The notes under the pieces were generated by a model. That model made no database searches. It saw nothing but the letters and a program-made list of their open reading frames with translations, and was not told the DNA's origin. This document shows, piece by piece, positions 49,098 through 58,210 of a DNA stretch of 64,000 nt. Position numbers and translations under genes: made by a program. Positions within the stretch are counted from its first letter, which is position 1, and each line of letters begins with the position of its first letter. Source of the stretch: a virus. Its lineage: Duplodnaviria > Caudoviricetes. The stretch is taken from positions 18,823 to 82,822 of IMG/VR virus record IMGVR_UViG_3300037851_001014, one strand, 5' to 3'.

Positions 49098-49386
49098 TAT
49101 CTTTGTACCATCCTATCAGCACGCTGGCTTCCCATTTTGTCAGGTCTCTGGATGTTTCCACTGGCGTGTGTCCAAGCAGAGCACCAAGCAACGCATACCG
49201 GTCTTCGTCGTTAGCTATGTCCATAAGCCCTACCAGATACCCAATTTGGTTTTCCGTTGCGGGACCAGGTCCCCAGGACGGAGTACTAAGTTGGTCTTCA
49301 ATAAAGCTGAACTGGTCAATCAGCCATGCCACATCGGCAAGGTCCTTCGCGCGCTCTCCAATATACGTAGCTGTGATTTCGTTCAC
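48916..49386 (-). CDS. Hypothetical protein (ATENQIGYL..LTKWEASVLI); 3' end overlaps the next gene by 182 bp
   Basis: GTGA coupling at the start. Confidence 0.55.
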   Translation of the reverse strand: MNEITATYIGERAKDLADVAWLIDQFSFIEDQLSTPSWGPGPATENQIGYLVGLMDIANDEDRYALLGALLGHTPVETSRDLTKWEASVLIGWYKDNGSEEINTRLGIVSRAAFLQEKRAARQAERDARQARILSERRERRAQRSRRTPGTAGTSV

Positions 49387-49616
49387 CGAACCGTCACTCC
49401 GGTAATGCCAAGAACTGCCTGGCCCTGTGCAGTGGTCACGGGTATTCCTTCCACGCGCCTGATAAACCCATCGCTCTCAAGTTGTTTTAAGAGCTTGAGC
49501 ACCCACACGTGCGATTTGCCCAGCAACATGGCATCTTTCCGGATCGGAAATATCGGATGGCTGTTGCGCGTCAGCAACAAGGCAATTTCAGTTTCTGATA
49601 AAAATCGAGTTGTCAT
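49383..49616 (-). CDS. Winged-HTH DNA-binding protein
   Basis: PIRKDAMLLGKSHVWVLKLLKQLESDGFI; AGGAG RBS. Confidence 0.65.
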   Translation of the reverse strand: MTTRFLSETEIALLLTRNSHPIFPIRKDAMLLGKSHVWVLKLLKQLESDGFIRRVEGIPVTTAQGQAVLGITGVTVR

Positions 49617-49645
49617 GTTTTATCTCCTACCATATTGTAACATAT

Positions 49646-50500
49646 TTAGCCAGGTCTGTTCGGCTCAGTTGGGCCAGTGTAAAATTCACCCATCTTCGAT
49701 AGCGCACCATTGAAGTGGAACATGCTGCTATCTTGCGCACCAAAGCGCGCTTTACGGATGACAATCTCTCTGCGATCCGGCAGTGGCTTGCCAGTAGTGT
49801 CTGCTTCTGCCTTGACCTCAACGATCAGATCTCCATCCCGATCAGGGTCTCTTGACCATAAAGGATTGCCGTCATCGTTCAGCTGGCAAGCAGCTACAAC
49901 GGCGTACTTGCACCCTTTTGCCGCCTTACCCTTTGCGAGCTGTGTCAAAAACTTGGATGCCTTGGCAACATTCTCTGTTCCCGTTATGGCATTGGGCATC
50001 TGCATCAGCTGCAGGTAATCAAGATAGACCACCTTAACCTGAGCGATCTCTTCGTTCGCCACAATCGCTGCGATCTCTGGCGCGCTCCAGGCATCGTCGC
50101 AAAAGAAAGCATGGAAGTCTCCCACCTCGGACGCCACCTTGTATACCTTCGGCCAATCCTTCTCGTCCAGGGTTACATCCCTGAACTTGATCCTGGAAAT
50201 ACCACTCATGTGAGCAACAAACCGCTCGATGCTGGATTCAACACTTTCCTCGAGGGCAAGGTATAGGAACGGAACCTTATCTATCCCATTCTGAACCGCA
50301 CTTGTAGTTAGAAAAGCAGTCTTACCTATACCGGCTTTGCCGTACACGTAGCTGATCCAGCCGGGTCGAAACCCACCGGTAACCTTCATGAACCACGGAG
50401 AGGGAAAACGAAACCCACGATGCCTTTCGGGGTCCCTGTGCTTATCCTCGGTCTCCTCTACCCAGGTCTTTGCCGCCGTTGATGATTTATAGACTGTCAT
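49646..50500 (-). CDS. DnaB-like (SF4) helicase, C-terminal ATPase domain only
   Basis: GKAGIGKT, YLDYLQ, ACQLN, IRKARFG. Confidence 0.8.
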   Translation of the reverse strand: MTVYKSSTAAKTWVEETEDKHRDPERHRGFRFPSPWFMKVTGGFRPGWISYVYGKAGIGKTAFLTTSAVQNGIDKVPFLYLALEESVESSIERFVAHMSGISRIKFRDVTLDEKDWPKVYKVASEVGDFHAFFCDDAWSAPEIAAIVANEEIAQVKVVYLDYLQLMQMPNAITGTENVAKASKFLTQLAKGKAAKGCKYAVVAACQLNDDGNPLWSRDPDRDGDLIVEVKAEADTTGKPLPDRREIVIRKARFGAQDSSMFHFNGALSKMGEFYTGPTEPNRPG

Positions 50501-51402
50501 TTAGTCGCATTCTTTCTTCGATAATCGTTGCCGGTTACTGCCAGCCACTCAACCCTACCAGGGTTTTCGCTCAAGCGCGAGCCGATACGGGATACCCCGC
50601 CAGGACCGACAAACCGTGCAATGATTTCGCTCTGCCTGATGTTCGTTCCAAACACAGTGATCTTGTCGAACCAATGAACATCACGCCCGCGATACTCGAT
50701 CAAGTCTTCTAGCTTTTGGCGGATCCACGGCGTGGAATATTCGATCCCCAGGTCATCAATGATTAACCCAGGCGTGGTTTGCAGTGCGTCCATAACCCAC
50801 TGCACACTGCGAGCTTCATCGTTAAGCCCGACTCGTAGCCAGCGTTCCAAATCGTTGGCTGTGACGTACAGAAACCATGGCGACCACCAGGACATGATTG
50901 CTTGCAAGATATGACTCTTGCCAGTACCTGTTTGCCCAGACAGTACCAACCAAGTATCTGGATATTGGATAAAGCGAACCATGCGCTGCACAACGCTGCC
51001 CATTCCGGGATTGAATTTCCTGTCCAAGGCAGCCAGTGTCTTTTTTTCCCAGACGCTTTCTGGACGCTCCGCATATGCAAGCTCGTCGCGTCTCCTGAGC
51101 AAAGAGCAGAAACAATAAACGGCGTGGTTTGCACCAACAAAGGCACCAGCTCCACGGCAGAGCGGACAATCTTCGGGAAGATCAAAATCCATGTGAATTG
51201 CATCTACATAGTCGGCATAGTTTATGTCCAGATCTATGTGTCTCCTGTTGAATATCTGGTACAACCATTCGTAGCTATCCACTGTACCAGCTTTAACAGC
51301 ATGCCAGAAGATCAAACTCGGCAGGTACGCCGGCGCAGGCGGGTGTTTCCCGCCATTTGTTATGCACTTAGTCGTAACCAGATCTATTTTCGGTGGTTCC
51401 AT
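50497..51402 (-). CDS. DnaC/IstB-like AAA+ helicase loader
   Basis: CPLC..YCFC Zn motif, GQTGTGKSH, LIIDDLG, TVFGTN. Confidence 0.85.
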   Translation of the reverse strand: MEPPKIDLVTTKCITNGGKHPPAPAYLPSLIFWHAVKAGTVDSYEWLYQIFNRRHIDLDINYADYVDAIHMDFDLPEDCPLCRGAGAFVGANHAVYCFCSLLRRRDELAYAERPESVWEKKTLAALDRKFNPGMGSVVQRMVRFIQYPDTWLVLSGQTGTGKSHILQAIMSWWSPWFLYVTANDLERWLRVGLNDEARSVQWVMDALQTTPGLIIDDLGIEYSTPWIRQKLEDLIEYRGRDVHWFDKITVFGTNIRQSEIIARFVGPGGVSRIGSRLSENPGRVEWLAVTGNDYRRKNATK

Positions 51403-51754
51403 CTTGAGTATTTCTTTCTATCCATAGTGCAAGCCGATCAGTATTCTTGATCGCAGACATCACCTTGTCAAGACCAATAATCGGATAGCCCTTTGCTTCA
51501 TTCTTGCCTTGCGCCCATTTTAGGCATTCGTTAATCCAACCCTCGGGATAATACTGAATTTTGCCGTGCAGCATGATAGGCGATCCGTCAAGAGGACGCA
51601 CTTTCTTTTCGAGTTTCTTCACAATCTCTTTTTGGGCAGTGGTCTTAAACTTCTGGCGCAGGATTGCAAGCAACACTCTCTGCTGAAAAACAGTTTCAGC
51701 AGAGAGGTCGCCTGCATCATCGAAGGGATTAGTTACGTAGATAGGGTCTCGCAC
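51368..51754 (-). CDS. Hypothetical protein upstream of the loader (initiator-like position)
   Basis: Position only. Confidence 0.5.
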   Translation of the reverse strand: MRDPIYVTNPFDDAGDLSAETVFQQRVLLAILRQKFKTTAQKEIVKKLEKKVRPLDGSPIMLHGKIQYYPEGWINECLKWAQGKNEAKGYPIIGLDKVMSAIKNTDRLALWIERNTQDGTTENRSGYD

Positions 51755-52239
51755 CGCTCCGCCTTAGCATCAAATGCCACCTTGAGCAACCCAACCTTAT
51801 ACTGAATGAAGTGCTCTTTGCTTTCCAGACAGCGCCATGCAAATGGACTGCCGTACATGCCATCGCGCCGATGATCGGGCTCAACTGCGCCACCACACAC
51901 CGGGCATACTGGAGGATAGTCTCGCAGTGCACCTTTCAGGCTATCGCTCCGACCGGCTTCCCAACGCAGGAGAAAACAATACATTCCCCATTGGGAGACC
52001 TTAAAAGACTCGAAACCATAAAACTTCATAATGCTCCGGACCCGTGCTTCATCAAATCCAAGACGTTCGCCGTAGGCGAGCAAGCCGTGGATATTTCGAG
52101 CGTCCGGGCAGTTCAACTCATTGCCAGGGGTAGGGATGAGAAACCGGTATATTCCTACACCGGTCTTGTCTCTCTTAATCCACTCCTGGTCAGCCTCAGT
52201 CAAGATACCGTGCACGTATTGTGGTTTAGGTTGCTTCAT
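51733..52239 (-). CDS. Hypothetical protein with C-terminal Zn ribbon
   Basis: CPVCGG..WRC..H. Confidence 0.55.
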   Translation of the reverse strand: MKQPKPQYVHGILTEADQEWIKRDKTGVGIYRFLIPTPGNELNCPDARNIHGLLAYGERLGFDEARVRSIMKFYGFESFKVSQWGMYCFLLRWEAGRSDSLKGALRDYPPVCPVCGGAVEPDHRRDGMYGSPFAWRCLESKEHFIQYKVGLLKVAFDAKAERCETLST

Positions 52240-52540
52240 TCTCGCCCCAATATTCTACCGCCACTGGCCCACCGGTCAGCACAGATGCAGCATATACAGA
52301 GATCCATTGTCCAGGCGCAAATGCCAAATTGGCAACAACGGGCTTTTCGGTACCCTTGTTGTTCCAAAAGACGATACCTCCGCTTGCTGTAAACTCTACC
52401 TCATCCGCTACCAACCAGATCACGTTCACCTTACCCAACTTGGAAACCGGCACCGTAACGCAGAAGTAGTGCCTACCATACTGCTGTGTGCCTGTACCGA
52501 TTTGCGATCGGGGCGATACTTTTACCGGTTTATCACCCAT
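52226..52540 (-). CDS. Hypothetical protein
   Basis: GGAGG + ATG 52540. Confidence 0.6.
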   Translation of the reverse strand: MGDKPVKVSPRSQIGTGTQQYGRHYFCVTVPVSKLGKVNVIWLVADEVEFTASGGIVFWNNKGTEKPVVANLAFAPGQWISVYAASVLTGGPVAVEYWGENEAT

Positions 52541-53279
52541 CAAACACCTCCGCGTCATTCGTATCCTCAACAACCACAACTGCTTTTTCCTCCGGGCGTA
52601 GGTTTTTATAGTCTGCAGGATGCTGGTAATAGTGCATCATACGAGTAATCGAGTACTGGTGGATCGATGGAGGCAGGTAAGGCATCCGCTGGGATATGGT
52701 CTTACTGTCTGGATATTGATTGTTGATATCCCTCTCCAGCAAAACGGAAAGGCTTGCCAACTCCAGTACACTCGGATTGCAGCGCGGGGAGGCCTGACCC
52801 CTGTACTCCCTGTAATGGGCAGTGAGGATTAGACACCTCGACTTTGCCTGCAATGCAATCAATGTTGATCGTAAGCGCTTGCGGACATCGCCCCATAGCA
52901 CCTGGGTCATCTTGTCTGACTTGCCGCCAAACACAGATTCAGACACCCAATCGCCCCACTGGCCAGCAGTATCAATAATAATGGTGCCATATACCTTGCT
53001 ACTCTCGTTTATCTCCATTATCGTGTTCTGAAACTCAGAGTAGCTGCTGACCCCAACACGCTCAAAAGGAGCCTTGATGTATCCGTGCTCGATCAGGTCT
53101 TTCTGGTTTGTGTGATACTCTAGTGCAGAGTACTCTGTATCGATATCCAGTATCGGCAACCAGGGACTGTTGAGCGCGGCAAGCGTTTTGCCAGCGCCTT
53201 TCTTTCCCCATATCATCAGCGGCCCAAAGGGCGCTCTCTCGGGCAATTGCACTTCTGGTGTTTGCTTTTTGTCTGTCAT
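52533..53279 (-). CDS. AAA_24/Sak4-like ATPase (single-strand annealing recombinase family)
   Basis: GKKGAGKT, LDIDTE, IIIDT, LILTAH; AGAGGA RBS. Confidence 0.75.
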   Translation of the reverse strand: MTDKKQTPEVQLPERAPFGPLMIWGKKGAGKTLAALNSPWLPILDIDTEYSALEYHTNQKDLIEHGYIKAPFERVGVSSYSEFQNTIMEINESSKVYGTIIIDTAGQWGDWVSESVFGGKSDKMTQVLWGDVRKRLRSTLIALQAKSRCLILTAHYREYRGQASPRCNPSVLELASLSVLLERDINNQYPDSKTISQRMPYLPPSIHQYSITRMMHYYQHPADYKNLRPEEKAVVVVEDTNDAEVFDG

Positions 53280-53302
53280 CGGAGTTCCTCTTTGTAAAAA
53301 TC

Positions 53303-53869
53303 TCATCCGGGTTTGGTGTCGAGACCCTTAGTAACATAGTACGCGGTTTCCCACTCGGGCTCTACCTTGGATAGAAATGCCCTCATGCTCTTGTTAGGCA
53401 TATCCAAGGTAAAGGGAGCAAAAAATCTCTTGAATACCGGCCAGTAGCTTGTCAAGATTCCATGACGGCGTGCGTATGGATGGAGCCACGCCCAGGACAT
53501 TTCCCATCCAGGCTCAGCGTTAGCCCACTCTACCCATCGAAACATAACACCACCAACCCAAGATTCGGGTATTGTGTTGGTAGCAGGGAGCAAGAACCCA
53601 ATATAGGGATGTTCTTTATTATCACATCCCTGATCGTATCGATACAGAGTGAAGTCCAGCTTAAGCTCTCGGCGATGATAAGTAGCCATTATGTCAAGCT
53701 GCTTTCTCAGCACCAACGGTGAAAGATACGTGACTGGAGTCGCCGTGTAAAAAGCATCAAGCACCTCACCAAAGATCACTCTTTCCTGCAGCGATCTTTC
53801 TGCTGGTCTTACTCTTACTGCCTCGGAAATTACAATGTTGTAATAGGGACTTTTGAGAAGTTTGTTCAT
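53303..53869 (-). CDS. GNAT-like acetyltransferase candidate
   Basis: WAWLHPYARRHGI acetyl-CoA-binding-like motif. Confidence 0.5.
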   Translation of the reverse strand: MNKLLKSPYYNIVISEAVRVRPAERSLQERVIFGEVLDAFYTATPVTYLSPLVLRKQLDIMATYHRRELKLDFTLYRYDQGCDNKEHPYIGFLLPATNTIPESWVGGVMFRWVEWANAEPGWEMSWAWLHPYARRHGILTSYWPVFKRFFAPFTLDMPNKSMRAFLSKVEPEWETAYYVTKGLDTKPG

Positions 53870-54042
53870 CGGACTAGACTACTTGTATATCCTTCCCTCG
53901 ACTTCCACCCGGACCTATTCCCCAGCTCGAGCACATCGGCTATGTCCTGCCTGGTAAAGCCATCCAGCCCGCCGGCTTGCTCTACCAAGTAGTAGAGGGC
54001 TGCCAAACATGCCGCCTTGTGTTGTATGCTGGTAGTCATCAT
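53866..54042 (-). CDS. 58-aa protein (below ORF-track cutoff)
   Basis: GAGG RBS; ATGA overlaps at both ends; FTRQDIADVLEL. Confidence 0.55.
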   Translation of the reverse strand: MMTTSIQHKAACLAALYYLVEQAGGLDGFTRQDIADVLELGNRSGWKSREGYTSSLVR

Positions 54043-54473
54043 CCTCTCAGCAGCTCCCCCGCTTTGCGCCCTACGCGGTCACCCGCTCGGATCGCAAACA
54101 GGTCTATCAGTACAGGGCGGGGTATAAATGCGCCGGGGTCAGGTTGCAGCTCGTCAAGCCGCGGCGTCATGCCTGCATCGTTTAGCAGCTTAGCCGCCTG
54201 GGTTACGTTGCCGCCGGCTATCGCCTCAGCCACGCCGCCCAGGTAGTGAAGTTTATGGTTGGCACAATCCCGCCCATAGTTCACCAGGGAGCAGGTAGGG
54301 CAGTTGCCCTCGTTTTGTGTACAGTAATCAGGTTTCATGTTTACCCCTTGTTTGATTTCTGCCTGGTAGAGTCGGTCAACAGCCAGGGTCAATACCTCGG
54401 TTTTCGACGCGCCCAGGACTACTTCCAGCTCGTTCAGTTGCTGGTGGGTTAGTTCGCTTGCTCGGATTGCCAA
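54039..54473 (-). CDS. Ribbon-helix-helix-like N-terminus in frame with a Cys-rich MKPDYCTQN domain (possibly two genes; second start 54338)
   Basis: IRASELTHQQLNEL..SKTEVLTLAVDRLY; CTQNEGNCPTCSLVNYGRDC. Confidence 0.55.
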   Translation of the reverse strand: MAIRASELTHQQLNELEVVLGASKTEVLTLAVDRLYQAEIKQGVNMKPDYCTQNEGNCPTCSLVNYGRDCANHKLHYLGGVAEAIAGGNVTQAAKLLNDAGMTPRLDELQPDPGAFIPRPVLIDLFAIRAGDRVGRKAGELLRG

Positions 54474-54645
54474 CAGTTTTTTGTGTCACCATTTTGCCGC
54501 CAACCCAGCTGCGCTGGGTCTCGTTACACGTCATACACTTGTAGGTAACCCAACCACCTGGCTCAGTGTGATACAGGAAGTGTTGTGTACTCCTTCCGTT
54601 GCATTTCTTACTTCCGCAAGTCATGTACTTATATTGCTCGGGCAT
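54376..54645 (-). CDS. Zn-ribbon protein
   Basis: AAGGAG RBS; CGSKKC..CMTC. Confidence 0.55.
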   Translation of the reverse strand: MPEQYKYMTCGSKKCNGRSTQHFLYHTEPGGWVTYKCMTCNETQRSWVGGKMVTQKTVGNPSKRTNPPATERAGSSPGRVENRGIDPGC

Positions 54646-54711
54646 TAGCTTTTCTCCTTAGTGTCTTGCCTGCGCCTTAAGTATACCGGATGGTATCTTT
54701 TTTGACAAGGG

Positions 54712-55116
54712 TTAAAACATGCTGAGTTGTGTGCCATCTTTTTCCTCGCGATCGTAGACAAGACGGGGTCGTATGCCAGTGGCCTCGACTTGTCCCAGGT
54801 CTATCATCGAATCAAACCATTCGTGTTCGTGCCACTGCCGCCAGTAGTGGTCTATCCAGTGGTCAAGTATCTCTGGTGCAATTTCCTCGACATCAACATC
54901 GTCATTGCAAAATGCCTTGATCTTGGACTGCACCTTAAGTAACAGCGGTTCGTATACAAGCTCGATGAAAATCAATTCATCCACCTTCATCAATGCTAGT
55001 TCCAGATCCTCTAGCCTTGGCGTGCCATCATCGTTCCAGGATGAGGGTTGATTAAGAAGATGACACAACAGCTCATGCTTAGCTGGCTTTTTCGGAGGCA
55101 CTTGAGTATGGCTCAT
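54712..55116 (-). CDS. Hypothetical protein
   Basis: ORF ending QLSMF. Confidence 0.55.
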   Translation of the reverse strand: MSHTQVPPKKPAKHELLCHLLNQPSSWNDDGTPRLEDLELALMKVDELIFIELVYEPLLLKVQSKIKAFCNDDVDVEEIAPEILDHWIDHYWRQWHEHEWFDSMIDLGQVEATGIRPRLVYDREEKDGTQLSMF

Positions 55117-55537
55117 CGACTTCTTCCCTCCAGGCATAGTGCCTATTCCAAAATTGGCGGGTGAGCTCGCCTGCCATTGTGGCGTAGATCTCGTCGTCAT
55201 CTTCATCACCGGTATCGCGTATCCAACACAGCATACAGTGCATCAGCTCATGTGCTACAACACCAGCACCATAAAATCCACTGACAAGGTGCACCTCTCC
55301 AAATTTTAGCGGTAGACACTCTAGGCCATCCACCGTCACAACCGGGAGTTCGAGAAAGCACGCAACTATATCGTGTTTAGCGGGAGGCTGACTTGCCCGA
55401 AGATCCACATTCTCCTTCATAGCATCAAAGCTGTCCCAAATATACACATGAATATAGTGAGCACCATTCAGACGCAATCTGAATTTAGTCAGCAAAGACG
55501 CGATATTTTTGTTACGAATGTAGCCGGTAGTTGCCAT
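55079..55537 (-). CDS. Hypothetical protein with a HExxH motif
   Basis: VVAHELMH. Confidence 0.55.
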   Translation of the reverse strand: MATTGYIRNKNIASLLTKFRLRLNGAHYIHVYIWDSFDAMKENVDLRASQPPAKHDIVACFLELPVVTVDGLECLPLKFGEVHLVSGFYGAGVVAHELMHCMLCWIRDTGDEDDDEIYATMAGELTRQFWNRHYAWREEVDEPYSSASEKAS

Positions 55538-56061
55538 CAGAACCCTAGTCCTCTCTGCTTTAGAGATACAAACCGACCATCCCCAACAACAAGATGATCT
55601 AATACCTGAATATCCAGCAGCTTGCCAGCCTGGACAACCGACTTGGTAATTGCCACATCATCCGTGCTGGGCGTGGGATCGCCCGAGGGATGATTGTGGG
55701 CAATGATAATGCTTGCCGCATTATAGATTAGCGCAGGTCGGAAGATCTCGCCCACGCGCACCTGAGATTGGTTTAAGCTGCCACGGTACATTTGATCCAT
55801 ACGAATTAGCCTATTGCGGGTATTGAGACTGCATACCCAGAGCTCCTCTCTCTCAAGAGCGCTTAGCATAGTCACAATAACATTCGCGGCATCCTCTGGC
55901 GAGTGGATATATATCTTCGAATCCGGATCACCGAGAACATCATTGATCTTTCCATAAATACGGTTTGCCTGAGCAAGCAACTCATGTACAGAGCGAAGCT
56001 CACGGGTGTCAGACTTGTATCTGGTAGTACGCGGCAATCGCGGCGAGTATGTAGTAACCAT
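55537..56061 (-). CDS. radC: RadC-like JAB-domain protein
   Basis: EELW..AHNHPSGDPTPSTDD..LDH. Confidence 0.9.
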   Translation of the reverse strand: MVTTYSPRLPRTTRYKSDTRELRSVHELLAQANRIYGKINDVLGDPDSKIYIHSPEDAANVIVTMLSALEREELWVCSLNTRNRLIRMDQMYRGSLNQSQVRVGEIFRPALIYNAASIIIAHNHPSGDPTPSTDDVAITKSVVQAGKLLDIQVLDHLVVGDGRFVSLKQRGLGF

Positions 56062-56063
56062 AT

Positions 56064-56321
56064 CTATTTGCCTGGAAGAGTAGCAATCTCGTAGCTTGCA
56101 TTACAGTAACGGCATATCAGACTGCCAGGAAATTCATAGTCCGCTTTTGGGAATTTGTCGTGCACTTTGCAGGACGGACAAGTCATATCGCGATCTTCGA
56201 GGTTGTCCCAATCCAGAATATACACCTCGACATTATCTGGGTGGAATATCACATCTGCCACCCCGCCAGAAACCTCAATATAGACAAGATTGTTTGGAGT
56301 ATTCATAGCTTTATTTGCCAT
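56064..56321 (-). CDS. Small Zn-ribbon protein
   Basis: IEVSGGVA..CPSC..CRYC. Confidence 0.55.
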   Translation of the reverse strand: MANKAMNTPNNLVYIEVSGGVADVIFHPDNVEVYILDWDNLEDRDMTCPSCKVHDKFPKADYEFPGSLICRYCNASYEIATLPGK

Positions 56322-57747
56322 CACCGAGCCACTTCTTCCCACGAGCTGCAGCGACATTGAAGTCTTTCAGCAACTCCGGATCCCTAAACGTCAAGTGGAT
56401 AGTTCCCTTGTTGTAGCATCTGATCTTGAAGTGGGTGCTTTCAATTTCCATCCCCGAGGATAGCGGGAACATGCGCCGTTGCGAGCATGCATCACAAGCC
56501 TCGACAACTGTAACAATATCGCTGAGTTTTCTTTTGCGAAGAACACACAGAGCGCGATCGAGATCCTCCAGCCTCGCTTTAGCATTGTAGCGCAGCCTCA
56601 AAACATGATAGCTGCAAATATCGTGTTCAACTGCATGCGGCAGCACAACCTTTTTATTTACATACCATGCCTTGTCGTGTGCCCAGCCCTCAACATGAAC
56701 ACGGTTGTCTTTGTAATAGCGAGTCAGCTCATCAAAGGCATCAACGATACACTCGTTCAAGAGATCCTCGGTCATGCCAAGTAACTCATTCATCATCATA
56801 CGGATATTGTAGGGATTGAAATCCAGCTGTCGCTGAGTGCGCCGGAAGTCATCTATCATTTGCCTTGCACGAATGGTCAATACCTCATGCAGCTTAGGAT
56901 ATTCAAGAAGAACATCCCAGGCATTGTTTGTCATCATTGACACAAAGATATTGTATTTTCCTTGCGGAGTCTCGGCTCTCTCTGCCTCGGTAAGCGGATT
57001 GTCTTTGCTACTACTGACAAAGGGTGCAACATACCGTTGTATCTTGTCGCGCTCGTTCAGATAGTTTACCAGTGCCCCTTTACTGGCATTGTAATGAGAT
57101 AGCAAACTCTCTACAAATCCATCGATATCTAATTCCGCACCAGACGATGCAGAAGTATAGCCGCTGTCATACTCGTTCTTCGGTTCAAAGTTAATGCCAA
57201 ACGAGACCTGGTCTTTCTTCTCAAGATGGATAATCGCTACTTCTACTCTGGTCGGGCGCTCTGCTGTCGAAAAGGCGTTGCCAATCCGCTCTACTCTTCC
57301 ACCGTTGTCCTCGATCAGCTTAAGCAACAGCTGTTCTCTGGCATTCTTTCCCTCTAATGCGCTGGCGTCAATCAGAGAAACCAACCTCCCAACACGCAAG
57401 CAGTTATTCCAGGCGTGCATTATGTGCTGCTCGGCATTGGCAAACGGAGGGTTCATGAAGATGTAATCAAAATACGACTCTGGGAAATACGTTAAGAAGT
57501 CGTCGGCCAGGATAGGATAACGCTTTTCTTTCAGGATTGCACGCAGATCGGCATTGATCTCGCACGCAAGCAGAATACCACCAGGCACCTTCTCCCTGAT
57601 AGCATCCAGGATGTCTCCTTTCCCTGCAGATGGATCGAGGATACGCTTATTATAGAAGTCGTTTCCCCAACCACAACTATAGATATACGGCTTCAACATC
57701 TTGTCAACAACGAATCTAGGCGTGGGATAAAAGGTGTCATTAAACAT
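56311..57747 (-). CDS. N6-adenine methyltransferase-like domain plus DUF4942
   Basis: FYPTP, ILDPSAGKG, MNPPF; C-terminal FDELTRY..HFKIRCYNKGTIHLTF. Confidence 0.8.
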   Translation of the reverse strand: MFNDTFYPTPRFVVDKMLKPYIYSCGWGNDFYNKRILDPSAGKGDILDAIREKVPGGILLACEINADLRAILKEKRYPILADDFLTYFPESYFDYIFMNPPFANAEQHIMHAWNNCLRVGRLVSLIDASALEGKNAREQLLLKLIEDNGGRVERIGNAFSTAERPTRVEVAIIHLEKKDQVSFGINFEPKNEYDSGYTSASSGAELDIDGFVESLLSHYNASKGALVNYLNERDKIQRYVAPFVSSSKDNPLTEAERAETPQGKYNIFVSMMTNNAWDVLLEYPKLHEVLTIRARQMIDDFRRTQRQLDFNPYNIRMMMNELLGMTEDLLNECIVDAFDELTRYYKDNRVHVEGWAHDKAWYVNKKVVLPHAVEHDICSYHVLRLRYNAKARLEDLDRALCVLRKRKLSDIVTVVEACDACSQRRMFPLSSGMEIESTHFKIRCYNKGTIHLTFRDPELLKDFNVAAARGKKWLGDGK

Positions 57748-57962
57748 AGGCTAATTTTCTACAATTTTCTGAATATAAACAGGCTTGTCCTTGACAGGCG
57801 GAAAGCGAAAACATATATCGTCCTCATAACACCCTATTCAAGCATCCAGGAAATCGCATCTTTTTTAGTCAGAAACAGGGAGGATAAGCCTGGTTTCCCT
57901 GTCAGTCATCCATTCTCGATGGCCGGCATTAAGACTGATGCCGCTGCCATCGCGGGTAACCG

Positions 57963-58169
57963 CTACTGACATTTCTTATCCCTCTCAACTGCATTGGCGT
58001 ATTCCATATCCTCGATATCAATAAGATCAACATCGGGTTGAATTTGCCCAGACAAAAAAGCATCATGGCATGTTGAACATAAGTACAGTCGACTCTTGCC
58101 AATAGGTGGTTGGTTCTCTGATGCCCACACAGCCTCGGTGTCACAAAAAGTACAGTATTGTTTACTCAT
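57963..58169 (-). CDS. Small Zn-binding protein
   Basis: AGGAG RBS; CTFC..CSTC. Confidence 0.55.
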   Translation of the reverse strand: MSKQYCTFCDTEAVWASENQPPIGKSRLYLCSTCHDAFLSGQIQPDVDLIDIEDMEYANAVERDKKCQ

Positions 58170-58210
58170 TTTTGTTCTCCTGGAAATTCATTCCAAACTT
58201 GGTTGTCAAG

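Noticed and set aside
48643-49713. 356-aa + strand ORF and other long antisense ORFs (e.g. 42260-43384, 21881-22618, 9699-10280)
   Set aside because: Shadows of well-supported opposite-strand genes, with no RBS or motifs.
57750-57970. Pseudogene (a ~73-codon - strand frame with two internal stops)
   Set aside because: No recognisable homology; in-frame continuation could be chance.
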